Positions 8,837 to 17,805 of a DNA stretch of 64,000 nucleotides are shown piece after piece. Within the stretch, counting starts at the first letter, position 1. Every line of letters begins with the position of its first letter. The notes under the pieces are model-generated. The model made no database searches. It was not told the origin of the DNA and saw nothing but the letters and a program-made list of their open reading frames with translations. Both the position numbers and the translations under genes were made by a program. The stretch comes from an uncultured Spirochaetaceae bacterium (lineage in GTDB: Bacteria > Myxococcota_A > UBA9160 > UBA4427). The DNA lies in contig CAZETS010000002.1 in assembly GCA_964515335.1 (NCBI GenBank), forward strand, positions 42,285 through 106,284, given 5' to 3'.

Positions 8837-10813
8837 GTGCAAGCTCGGAAACCGAGAGATCCCGGGGGATGGCGCCGGCTTGGCGCGGTGGCGCTCGTCT
8901 GTGTCTGCGCCCCGCTCGCAGTCTCCGTCTGCCCCGGCCCAACCGCCTCGCTGGCCGGCGCCTTCCCGGTCGGCACGGCCTGGGCATCCGCGATGCTCAC
9001 CGCCGCCGGATTCGGCATCGCCGGCTGGCTGCTGCGCGAGCGCGACCGGGCGACCGAGAGCGAGCGCCGGGCGGCCGAAGCCGAGCTGCGCCGCAGCGAA
9101 GAGCGCTTCTCGCTCGCGGTGGCCGGGTCGCGGGATGCCATCTGGGACTGGGACCTCGACAGCGGGTGCATCCACTACTCGGACCACTGGAAGGAGATGC
9201 TCGGCTGCGCGGACCAGGAGGTGCGCGCGGATCCCGAGGAGTGGTTCCGGCGCATCCTGCCCCGCGACCTTCCGCAGTTCCGGCGCGCGCTCGACGCCCA
9301 CATCGCAGGGGCCACCGAGCACCTCGAGATCGAGATGGAGATGCGGCGCGACGACGGCGAAACCCGTTGGGTGCTGTGTCGCGCAGCGGCGGTCAGGGAT
9401 GGGCAGCGACATGCCACGCGGCTGGCCGGCTCGCTCGCCGACATCACCGAGCTGAAGAACGCCGAGACCGACCTGCGACGGGCGGCGCTGCACGACCGGC
9501 TCACCGGGCTGGCCAATCGCACCCTGCTCGCCGACCGCATCCGCCAGGCCCTCGCCCGCGCACAGCGTGATCCGAACTACCACTTCGCGTTGCTCTTCTT
9601 CGACTTCGATCGATTCAAGCTCGTCAACGACAGCCTCGGCCACCCCGTCGGCGACGCCCTGCTGATCGGCATCGCGCGCCGGCTGCAGAACGAAATTCGC
9701 CCGGTCGACACCGCCGCCCGCTTCGGCGGCGACGAATTCATCGTGATGCTCGACGGCACCGCGGACCTCGCCGAGGCCGAGCGCTCGGCCCAGCAACTGC
9801 TCGACGCATGCGCCAGGCCGCACAGGGTGCACGGTCACGAGGTCGTGTCGACCGCCAGCATCGGCGTCGTCTCCAGCGAAATGGGCTACACGGACCCGGA
9901 CGCCATGCTGCGCGACGCCGACTCGGCCCTCTATCAGGCGAAGGCCGGAGGACGCGCCCGGTATTGCGTCTTCGACAGCCACATGCACAACGTCGCGATG
10001 GAGCGCCTTCGTATCGAGTCCGAGCTGCGTGTGGCCCACGAGAACGACGAGCTATGCCTCGTCTACCAGCCGCTGGTGAATCTGAGAACCGGCGAGGTCG
10101 ACGGCTTCGAGGCCTTGCTGCGCTGGGACCACCCCGACCGCGGCCGCCTCACGCCCGATCGTTTCTTCGAGGTGGCCGAGGAGACCGGCCTCGTCCTTCC
10201 GATCGGCAGCTGGGCACTCCGGGAGGCGTGCCGGCAGCTCCAGGCCTGGCGAGCCGATCTTCGCGGATTCGATTCCCTCTTCGTGAGCGTCAATCTCGCG
10301 CGGCGCCAGCTCATGCGTCCCGAACTCCTGACGGACCTGCAACAGCTGTTGCACGAGTTCGCGATCGCCCCCGGGGCCCTGAAGCTCGAGATCACCGAGA
10401 CCACGGTCATGGACGAGCGATTCGACGCCCTGGCGGTGCTCGAGAAGATCCAGGCCCTCGGCATTCCGATCGCCATGGACGACTTCGGGACCGGGCAATC
10501 GTCCCTGGCGTTCCTGCACCGTTTTCCGATCGAGCTCCTCAAGATCGACAAGAGCTTCATCTGGAACATGGAAGAGAACCGCCAGCTCGCCGCGCTGGTG
10601 CAGGCCATCGTGACCCTTGCGAGACATCTCGACATTCACGTCGTCGCCGAAGGCATCCAGACGCCGGGACAGCTCGCCCAGCTGCAGGCGCTGGATTGCG
10701 ACTACGCCCAGGGGCACCTCTTCACCGAGCCGCTCGAGCCCGGGGACGTCGGCCCCTTCTTGACCGGATCCCTCAGCTGGAACCCGACCGGGAGAGCCAA
10801 CGAGAAAACCTGA
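8837..10813 (+). CDS. Membrane-anchored PAS-GGDEF-EAL protein (diguanylate cyclase/phosphodiesterase)
   Basis: GTG start followed by two N-terminal hydrophobic helices, then a PAS-like region. The GGDEF motif is intact (RFGGDEFIVM) with an RxxD I-site (RPVD) five residues upstream. The EAL motif (FEALLRW) is intact, as are DDFGTG, KIDKSF and QGHLF. Confidence 0.9.
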   Translation: MQARKPRDPGGWRRLGAVALVCVCAPLAVSVCPGPTASLAGAFPVGTAWASAMLTAAGFGIAGWLLRERDRATESERRAAEAELRRSEERFSLAVAGSRDAIWDWDLDSGCIHYSDHWKEMLGCADQEVRADPEEWFRRILPRDLPQFRRALDAHIAGATEHLEIEMEMRRDDGETRWVLCRAAAVRDGQRHATRLAGSLADITELKNAETDLRRAALHDRLTGLANRTLLADRIRQALARAQRDPNYHFALLFFDFDRFKLVNDSLGHPVGDALLIGIARRLQNEIRPVDTAARFGGDEFIVMLDGTADLAEAERSAQQLLDACARPHRVHGHEVVSTASIGVVSSEMGYTDPDAMLRDADSALYQAKAGGRARYCVFDSHMHNVAMERLRIESELRVAHENDELCLVYQPLVNLRTGEVDGFEALLRWDHPDRGRLTPDRFFEVAEETGLVLPIGSWALREACRQLQAWRADLRGFDSLFVSVNLARRQLMRPELLTDLQQLLHEFAIAPGALKLEITETTVMDERFDALAVLEKIQALGIPIAMDDFGTGQSSLAFLHRFPIELLKIDKSFIWNMEENRQLAALVQAIVTLARHLDIHVVAEGIQTPGQLAQLQALDCDYAQGHLFTEPLEPGDVGPFLTGSLSWNPTGRANEKT

Positions 10814-10928
10814 CTTCGACTCCCCTGCGCGCCCCACTGACAACCAGTAATGCTGCCCATCAAGTGGCCGGTCGCGCCGACCGATCCAGCGCGATGGAAG
10901 AGACCCGCAAGAACAGAGGGGAGAACAC

Positions 10929-11420
10929 ATGTCCGCGGTCGAGCTTACCACCGTCGGGGCCTTCGCCCAGCAGGCCCTCGGTGAATTCCTCGTCACCATG
11001 CTCGAGATCGAGGACGGCGAGGCCACCGAGCCCTCTCTGACCGACGATCCGATGCCCAACTCGGAGCTGACGGCGTTCGTCGGCTTCGCCGGTGATCTGA
11101 AGGGAGGCGTCACCATCCAGGGAACGCTGCTCGCCGGCCGCCTGGTGGCGGCGGGCCTGCTCTGCGTCGACGATCCCGAGGAACTCGAGCACGACGAGAT
11201 TCAGGACGCCTTCGGCGAGGTCGCCAACATCATCGCGGGCGGCATCAAGACACGCCTCGAAGACGACGGCTTCGCGACCGACATCTCGGTGCCCGTCACG
11301 GTCTTGTCGCCCGAGAAGATCTCGCTGCACTACAAGCCGGTGAGCCCCGTCGTGTGGCTCGAGGCGAAATGCCAGGGCGAGCTCATTCGGGTCGCCGTGT
11401 CGATGGCGTCTGCCAAATGA
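10929..11420 (+). CDS. CheX-like (CheC/CheX family) phosphatase-fold protein
   Basis: 163 aa. It has a CheX-like layout and an ExxN motif in FGEVANIIAGG. Confidence 0.6.
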   Translation: MSAVELTTVGAFAQQALGEFLVTMLEIEDGEATEPSLTDDPMPNSELTAFVGFAGDLKGGVTIQGTLLAGRLVAAGLLCVDDPEELEHDEIQDAFGEVANIIAGGIKTRLEDDGFATDISVPVTVLSPEKISLHYKPVSPVVWLEAKCQGELIRVAVSMASAK

Positions 11421-11818
11421 CCGGCGGCGGGCCGGCAGACGGGGCCGCCTACCCGCATCGCCGGGAGTTCGTGCGAACGGACATCCGGATGCAGCTCGAG
11501 CTGCGCTTCGAGGATGGGAGCGAAATCCACGCAGCCAGCCACGACATCAGCATGAACGGCGTCTTCGCGCTCTTCGAGACGCGCCCGCCCATCGGCTCGC
11601 GCTGCCGGGTGCGGATCGCCCTGGCCCCTCCTCCGGGACCGTCGATCGAGGCGCAGGGCGAGGTGGCGCGCCACGCCGAGGGCGGCTTCGCGATCCAGTT
11701 CTCGGCCGTGGACCTCGACGGGTACGAGCACCTGCGCAACCTCGTACGCTTCAACGCCGAGAACCTGGGACAGGTGGACGAGGAGCTGGAGATGCACCTC
11801 GGTTTGCGACGGCGGTAG
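11417..11818 (+). CDS. PilZ-domain c-di-GMP receptor
   Basis: RxxxR (REFVR) and DxSxxG (DISMNG) motifs are present. The ATG overlaps the CheX-like stop as ATGA (11417-11420). Confidence 0.7.
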   Translation: MTGGGPADGAAYPHRREFVRTDIRMQLELRFEDGSEIHAASHDISMNGVFALFETRPPIGSRCRVRIALAPPPGPSIEAQGEVARHAEGGFAIQFSAVDLDGYEHLRNLVRFNAENLGQVDEELEMHLGLRRR

Positions 11819-11864
11819 GCGGGAGGCGGGAGGCCGGAGACAGCCCGGACGGGAGGCTCGCGGG

Positions 11865-12548
11865 TCAGGCGGTCGGTCCATCGTGACGCGCGAGGCGCCG
11901 CAGCAACCACGCGAGGGGCAGCACGCCGAGCGCCAGCATGACGGTCGGCACCAGAACGTGGCCAAAGAGCAGGTGCCGGGCACCGGGCTCGTGGCAGACG
12001 AGCTGCACCGCGAGCCCGCCGAGACCGAAGCCGGCCAACAGCGTGAGCCTGGCGCCCCGCTCGACACGTGCGACCAGCCCGCGGCGCTCGAGGGCGACCA
12101 GCGCGGCCAGCGGCCCCAGCCCGACCGTCACCGCCAGCGCGAAGCACGCGGCGTCGTGTGACGGCGCAGTCAGCCCGCGCCCCACGCCGAGCAGGGTCGC
12201 CACCGCGCCGACCGAGGTCGCGAGTGCGACGCCCGCCCAGGCGAGCGTGGCCGCGCGCCGCTCGACGGGCTCGCGCCCCGGGACGACGCCCGCGAGGGCG
12301 GCGACCGTCGCCGCGAGTGCCCCCAACGCGAGGCCGACCACGACGAGACCGACCCACGGCTCGGCGGCGATCTGCCCCGCGACATCGAGCAGCGGCCGAT
12401 GCACCCAGGCGGCCAGCAGGCCGAACACCAACCAGGCGCCCAGCACGATCGCCAGAGCGACGCCGAGCGCGGGCACCCGCTTCACGGGCGCGAGGTCGGC
12501 GACCAGCCGATCCACCAGGCGCCGGGTCTCGTCGTTTCGCTCGCTCAC
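11865..12548 (-). CDS. NrsF-family (DUF1109) membrane anti-sigma factor
   Basis: 227 aa. The N-terminus ...LVDRLVADLAPVKRV is followed by six hydrophobic helices. A GTGA overlap links it to the upstream ECF sigma gene. Confidence 0.7.
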   Translation of the reverse strand: MSERNDETRRLVDRLVADLAPVKRVPALGVALAIVLGAWLVFGLLAAWVHRPLLDVAGQIAAEPWVGLVVVGLALGALAATVAALAGVVPGREPVERRAATLAWAGVALATSVGAVATLLGVGRGLTAPSHDAACFALAVTVGLGPLAALVALERRGLVARVERGARLTLLAGFGLGGLAVQLVCHEPGARHLLFGHVLVPTVMLALGVLPLAWLLRRLARHDGPTA

Positions 12549-13114
12549 TCGCCGATCCCCCCGAGCGATCGGCGCAACGCCTTGTAGCCGCGGTGCGCCC
12601 GCACCTTCAGTGCCCCGGGCGTCACGCCCGCGCGCTCGGCAGCCTCGGCGACCGAGAGCCCTTCGATCTGCACGAGCCGCACCGCCTCTCGCTGCTTGTC
12701 GGGCAACGCCTCCACGGCGGCGGCGACCTCAGGGGACAGCTCCACCTCGTCGGGGTGCCCCTCCTCGACCGGCGACGCGAACGCGTCGATCAGCTCGACC
12801 TCCACCTCGCGATCGCGTCGCCGACCGCCCTCGCGAAACGAGTCGATGATGGCGTTGCGGGTCACCGCCGAAAGCCACGGCTTGAAGGGCCGCTCGGGTC
12901 GATAGCTATGTCGCGCCCTGTGGATCGAGAGCAGCACGTTCTGCACCACATCCTCCGCGGCCGTCCGATCGAAGACCCGGCGGAGCACCATGCCCCGGAC
13001 CAGCGGGATGACCTCGTCGAGCAGCTCGCGATACGCCTCGGCGTCCCCCCCCTGGGCGGCGGCCATCAGCTCGGACCAGCGGTTCGTCGCTGGATTGCCG
13101 GATCCGGCCGCCAT
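12545..13114 (-). CDS. ECF-type RNA polymerase sigma-70 factor
   Basis: Region 2 (DVVQNVLLSIHRARHSY..FKPWL..VTRNAIID) and region 4 (LPDKQREAVRLVQIEGLSVAEAAERAGVTPGALKVRAHRG) are recognisable. Confidence 0.85.
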   Translation of the reverse strand: MAAGSGNPATNRWSELMAAAQGGDAEAYRELLDEVIPLVRGMVLRRVFDRTAAEDVVQNVLLSIHRARHSYRPERPFKPWLSAVTRNAIIDSFREGGRRRDREVEVELIDAFASPVEEGHPDEVELSPEVAAAVEALPDKQREAVRLVQIEGLSVAEAAERAGVTPGALKVRAHRGYKALRRSLGGIGE

Positions 13115-13157
13115 CCTGCGGAGACTACCCCCTGATACGGAGCGAACAGCGAGCCGG

Positions 13158-14471
13158 TTACGGGGCCTCGTAGACCTCGGAATCGAGCTGGCCTTCGCCG
13201 CGGGCGACGATGCAGGTGACGGCGGCGTCGCCCGTGATGTTGACCGCCGTGCGGACCATGTCGAGCAGGCGGTCGACGCCGATGATCAGCGCGATGCCCT
13301 CGACGGGCAGGCCCACCTGGCGCAGCACCATGGCGAGCATGATGAGCCCGACCCCCGGCACCCCCGCGGTGCCGATCGAGGCGAGGGTCGCCGTCAGGAC
13401 GACGGTGAGGTACTGGGCCATGCTCAGGTCGAACCCGTAGGCCTGGGCGATGAAGGCCGTGGCGACGCCCTGCATGATGGCCGTGCCGTCCATGTTGATG
13501 GTGGCGCCGAGCGGGACGGTGAACGACGCGATGCTGTTGTGGACGCCGAGCCGGCCCTCGGCGGTCTCCAGGGTGACCGGCAGGGTGGCATTGCTGCTCG
13601 CCGTGCTGAACGCGAAGGAGACCGGCGCGCGCATCTTGCGTAGAAAAGTCCGCGGATCGAGCCCCGACAGGCCCCGCAAGAGCAGCGGATAGACGACCAG
13701 GCCGTGGAAGAGCAACACGCCGAGGACCACGAAGAAGTAGTTGGCCAGCTGCACGATCGCGCCCAGACCCTGCTCGGCGAAGATCCGGGCGAGCAGACAG
13801 AAGACCCCGTAGGGCGCGAGTTCCATCAGCAGCGTGACGAGCCGCAGCACCACCTTGTTGAGGTCGCCGAACACCGCGAGCAGCCGGCGGCCGGGCTCGC
13901 CCGAGAGGGTCATCGCAAAGCCGAACAGCAGCGCGAAGACGATGATCTGCAGCATGCTGCCTTCCGCCATCGAGCGGATCGGATTGCTCGGGAAGATGTT
14001 GATCAGCGTCTCCGCCAGGCCCGGCGGCTCGCTGCCGACGAACTCGAGATCGGTCGGCAGCTCGAGCCCCTCCCCCGGGCGCACCATGCCGGCCACCGAG
14101 ACCGCCACCGTGATCGCGATCGCGGTGGTCGTGAGGTAGAGGCCAAGCGTCTTGCCGCCGATCCGGCCCAGGCGCGAGAGATCTTCGAGCGACGCCGAGC
14201 CGCACACCAGCGAGACGAACACCAGGGGCACGACCAGCAGCTTCAGGCTGTTGATGAAGATCTCACCGACGACGTAGAAGAGTCCGTCGACGAGCGCCGC
14301 GCGGACGCCGCGCTCGATCGGCCCGCCCGGCTCCATCCCGAAGGCGAAGAGCATGTTCAGGACGACGCCCAGCACGAGGCCCGCCGACATCCCGATCACG
14401 ATGCGCTGGGTGAGACTCAGCCGATCGCTCGACTGACCTTGCGGCTCGAGGCCGATGCTGGGCTCACTCAC
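13158..14471 (-). CDS. Dicarboxylate/amino acid:cation symporter (DAACS/GltP family)
   Basis: 437-aa polytopic membrane protein with family segments (FSTASSNATLPVT, VPLGATINMDGTA, VDRLLDMVRTAVN). Confidence 0.85.
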   Translation of the reverse strand: MSEPSIGLEPQGQSSDRLSLTQRIVIGMSAGLVLGVVLNMLFAFGMEPGGPIERGVRAALVDGLFYVVGEIFINSLKLLVVPLVFVSLVCGSASLEDLSRLGRIGGKTLGLYLTTTAIAITVAVSVAGMVRPGEGLELPTDLEFVGSEPPGLAETLINIFPSNPIRSMAEGSMLQIIVFALLFGFAMTLSGEPGRRLLAVFGDLNKVVLRLVTLLMELAPYGVFCLLARIFAEQGLGAIVQLANYFFVVLGVLLFHGLVVYPLLLRGLSGLDPRTFLRKMRAPVSFAFSTASSNATLPVTLETAEGRLGVHNSIASFTVPLGATINMDGTAIMQGVATAFIAQAYGFDLSMAQYLTVVLTATLASIGTAGVPGVGLIMLAMVLRQVGLPVEGIALIIGVDRLLDMVRTAVNITGDAAVTCIVARGEGQLDSEVYEAP

Positions 14472-14595
14472 GCGTAGCGCCTCCCCCTGCCTGGACGCGG
14501 CGGAGCATAACGGGCCACCCGGGCCCGATCATGCTCGTCCGGCGGCCGCGAAACGCTCGGCCGGCAGCGGCGGGACCGGCCCATCGGCGAGCCCG

Positions 14596-15246
14596 CTACG
14601 CGCCTCCGCCCGGCCCGAGAGCCGCGCGGATCGCCGGGGCGAGGCGCTCCAGGGCGCGCCCGCGATGCGAGATCCGGTCCTTCTCGTCCGCGGACAGCTC
14701 GGCCATCGAGCACGCGTAGCCTTCGGGCACGAAGACGGGGTCGTAGCCGAAGCCGCCCTCGCCGCGAGGCGCCGCCAGGATCCGCCCGGAGCAGACGCCG
14801 ACGGCGGTCTCGACGCGTCCGTCCGGCGTGGCCAGGGAGGCGTGGCAGACGAAGCGCGCCCCCCGCTCGGCCTCCGGGCGGTCGCCGATCTCCTCGAGCA
14901 GGCGCGCCACCCGGCCGGCATCGTCGAGGTCCGGCCCGCCGTAGCGGGCCGAGCGCGGTCCGGGGCGCCCGCCGAGCGCGTCGACCTCGAGCCCCGAGTC
15001 GTCCGCGACTGCCAGCGACCCGGTCTGCGCGGCCACGGCCCGCGCCTTGGCGGCGGCGTTGGCCGCGTAGTCGTCGCCCTCCTCGGGCAGCTCGACCGGC
15101 CCGCACTCGGAGAGCGCACACACGCGCACCGGCAACCCGGCGAGCAGGGCCGAGATCTCGCGCACCTTGCCGGGATTCGAGCTGCCGACCACCAGCCGCG
15201 GCCCTGCCTCGGCGGCGGCGCCCTCCCCGCTGCCCGGCGGACTCAT
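14596..15246 (-). CDS. rdgB: Non-canonical purine NTP pyrophosphatase (RdgB/HAM1)
   Basis: VVGSSNPGKVRE and FGYDPVF motifs. A 4-nt overlap links it to rph upstream, a common gene pair. Confidence 0.85.
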   Translation of the reverse strand: MSPPGSGEGAAAEAGPRLVVGSSNPGKVREISALLAGLPVRVCALSECGPVELPEEGDDYAANAAAKARAVAAQTGSLAVADDSGLEVDALGGRPGPRSARYGGPDLDDAGRVARLLEEIGDRPEAERGARFVCHASLATPDGRVETAVGVCSGRILAAPRGEGGFGYDPVFVPEGYACSMAELSADEKDRISHRGRALERLAPAIRAALGPGGGA

Positions 15247-15980
15247 CCGCCCGGGGTCGGTGCCACGGCATCGACTGCCTTGCGCTGGATGCGCGTGATC
15301 TCCTCGATGCCGTGCAGCGCCAGGTCGGTCAGCTCAGCGAGCTGCTCGCGCGAGAAGGTGCCGCCCTCGCCCGTGCCCTGCACCTCGACGAAGCGACCGC
15401 TGCCGGTCGCCACGACGTTCATGTCGACCTCCGCCCTGGCGTCCTCCTCGTAGGGCAGGTCGAGACGCGGCTGGCCGTCCACGATGCCCACGGAGATCGC
15501 CGCCACGCTATCGGCGAGGGGGTCGCGGGCGAGCACGCCGCGCGCCCGCAGCCGCTCACACGCCACGGCGAGCGCCACCCAGGCGCCGGTGATGGAGGCC
15601 GTGCGCGTGCCGCCGTCGGCCTGCAGGACGTCGCAGTCGATCCACAGCGTGCGCTCGCCGAGGGCCAGCATGTCGACGACCGCCCGCAGACTGCGGCCGA
15701 TCAGCCGCTGGATCTCCATAGTGCGCCCGGAGAGCCGGCCGCGGGCGGCCTCGCGGTCGTTGCGCGTGTCGGTGGACGCGGGAAGCATCGAATACTCGGC
15801 GGTCACCCAGCCCTCGCCGCGCCCCTTCAGCCAGCGCGGCACGCCGAGCTCCTCGGAGACCGTGCAGAGCACGCGGGTGCGGCCCATCGAGCACAACACC
15901 GAGGCCAGAGGGTTGTCGATGAAGTCGACCTCGAGCACGAGGTCGCGCAACTGGTCGCCTGCCCTGCCGTCACTTCTCAT
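15243..15980 (-). CDS. rph: Ribonuclease PH
   Basis: MRSDGR...LRDL..E..F......SVL...G.T.VLCTVS and GRLSGRTMEIQRLIGRSLR are characteristic. The start was set at the internal ATG at 15980, because the longer ORF would overlap the amidase gene. Confidence 0.9.
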   Translation of the reverse strand: MRSDGRAGDQLRDLVLEVDFIDNPLASVLCSMGRTRVLCTVSEELGVPRWLKGRGEGWVTAEYSMLPASTDTRNDREAARGRLSGRTMEIQRLIGRSLRAVVDMLALGERTLWIDCDVLQADGGTRTASITGAWVALAVACERLRARGVLARDPLADSVAAISVGIVDGQPRLDLPYEEDARAEVDMNVVATGSGRFVEVQGTGEGGTFSREQLAELTDLALHGIEEITRIQRKAVDAVAPTPGG

Positions 15981-15984
15981 CCGC

Positions 15985-16848
15985 TCACTCCACGCGCCGT
16001 GGCGAGTCGGCGCGGTCGAGGCCGCCCAGCCGCGACACCTCGCCGTTGCCGCGCCGCGCATCGTATCGCTTCCCGAACGCAAGGACTGCCCGGGCCACGG
16101 CGCCGGCGATTGCGTCGCGGTGGTCGTCGACGCGCAGGGCGCGCTCGTCGTCCGGATTGCTGAGGAAGCCGATCTCGATCAGCGCCGCCGGCATCTGCAC
16201 GCCCATCAGCACGACGAACGGGGCCTGCTTGACGCCCCGCGTACCGGCGCCGCGCACGACCGACAGCTCGTGCTGCACGAGCTTCGAGAACTCGCTCGAG
16301 CCGGCCATGTGCTCGCTCACCATCATGTCCCCGAGCAGCGCCACCAGCGGGTCGGCGCTCGGCCGTGTGGGAGACGCCTCGCGGAAGGCCTCGTTCTCAC
16401 GATCGGCCACACGCCGGGCCGCCTCGTCGCTGGCGTCGAGGGACACGAAGAAGGTCTCGATTCCACTCGGGCCCGGGGTCGGCGCCGAGTTCGCGTGGAT
16501 CGACACGAACAGGTCTCCGCGGGCGTCGTTGGCGAGCGACGTCCGCACCTCGAGCGGCACGAAGCGGTCGTCCGTGCGGGTCAGCACGACCTTCAGCCCA
16601 TCCGCGCGCAGGCGCTTGGCGACCCGCTCGGAGATGTCGAGCACGAGTTCCTTCTCGGCGAGCCCGCGCGCGCCGAGGGCGCCCTCGTCGTCACCGCCGT
16701 GCCCCGGATCGACCACCACGGTGTCGAAGCGGTCGCGCTCCAGCTCGTCGGCCAGAGCAGCGGCCGAAGCCCCTGACAGCCACGCGCACGCCATGCAGAT
16801 CGCCGCACCGAGCTGGCGCCCGGAGCGGACGAAGCGGACACCGCCCAC
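15985..16848 (-). CDS. N-acetylmuramoyl-L-alanine amidase (Amidase_3, AmiC-like)
   Basis: Signal-like N-terminus, VVDPGHGGDDEGA, SIHANS, and an E in the LIEIGFLSN region. Confidence 0.85.
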   Translation of the reverse strand: MGGVRFVRSGRQLGAAICMACAWLSGASAAALADELERDRFDTVVVDPGHGGDDEGALGARGLAEKELVLDISERVAKRLRADGLKVVLTRTDDRFVPLEVRTSLANDARGDLFVSIHANSAPTPGPSGIETFFVSLDASDEAARRVADRENEAFREASPTRPSADPLVALLGDMMVSEHMAGSSEFSKLVQHELSVVRGAGTRGVKQAPFVVLMGVQMPAALIEIGFLSNPDDERALRVDDHRDAIAGAVARAVLAFGKRYDARRGNGEVSRLGGLDRADSPRRVE

Positions 16849-16896
16849 CGCTACCCCCTCTCACCCACACCACGGTACCACGGCGCCCGCACCGCT

Positions 16897-17805
16897 TCAG
16901 CGCGACTCGCGCGCGTAGGGCTTGCCGAGGTCGCCCGGCGCCAGGCTGCGGCCGGCGGCGACGGCCAGCACCAGCAGCGTGAGCAGGTAGGGAAGCATCA
17001 GGGTCAGCTGGTAGGGAAGCGCCGTCCCCCGCGCCTGCAGGCGATGCTGCAGCGCCGTCGCCGCGCCGAAGAAGAGCGCTGCGCCGAGCACGCCGACCGG
17101 TCGCCAGCGCCCGAAGATCACGATCGTCAGCGCGATGAATCCGCGCCCGGCCGTCATGCCCTCGGTGAACGTGTTCGACTGCAGGAGCGAAAGCGACGAC
17201 CCCGCCACGCCGGCGAGGGCTGCTCCGCAAACAACCGCCAGCCAACGCGTTCGCGCCACCGACACGCCCTGTGCGTCCGCGGCGCGGGCCGACTCGCCGA
17301 CCGCGCGCAGACGCAGCCCCGGACGCGTGCGCCGCAGCCACAGGGCCAGCAGGGGCGTGAGCAGCAGAGCGAGATAGACCAGCCCGCTCTGTCGGAAGAG
17401 CACCGGGCCGATCACCGGCAGGTCCGACAGGAGCGGCACCACGAGCGGCTCGAGGATCTGCCCCGTCGGCACCGCGCCGCCGTAGAGGGCACGGGCGAGC
17501 AGCCCCGTGGCCCCGAGGGCGAGCAGGTTCACGGCGGTGCCGACGACGATCTGATCGGCCCGCCGCCCGACCGTGAACCAGGCGAACAGCACGCCGACGC
17601 CGGCGGCGACGAGCGCCGCACCCACCACGCCGAGGGCTGCCGATCCGGTCGCCACGCCCACCGCGAACCCCGCGAAGGCTCCGCAGAGCATCATGCCCTC
17701 GGTGCCGATGTTGATGACGCCTGCGCGTTCGACGATCAGCTCGCCGAGCGCGGCGAGCAGGAGCGGCAGCGCGAGCCGCAGCGACGCCTCGAGGAGCGCC
17801 TCCAT
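16897..17805 (-). CDS. ABC transporter permease (BMP/nucleoside-type importer)
   Basis: 302-aa polytopic protein. GELIVERAGVINIGTEGMM is typical of this permease family. Confidence 0.8.
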   Translation of the reverse strand: MEALLEASLRLALPLLLAALGELIVERAGVINIGTEGMMLCGAFAGFAVGVATGSAALGVVGAALVAAGVGVLFAWFTVGRRADQIVVGTAVNLLALGATGLLARALYGGAVPTGQILEPLVVPLLSDLPVIGPVLFRQSGLVYLALLLTPLLALWLRRTRPGLRLRAVGESARAADAQGVSVARTRWLAVVCGAALAGVAGSSLSLLQSNTFTEGMTAGRGFIALTIVIFGRWRPVGVLGAALFFGAATALQHRLQARGTALPYQLTLMLPYLLTLLVLAVAAGRSLAPGDLGKPYARESR

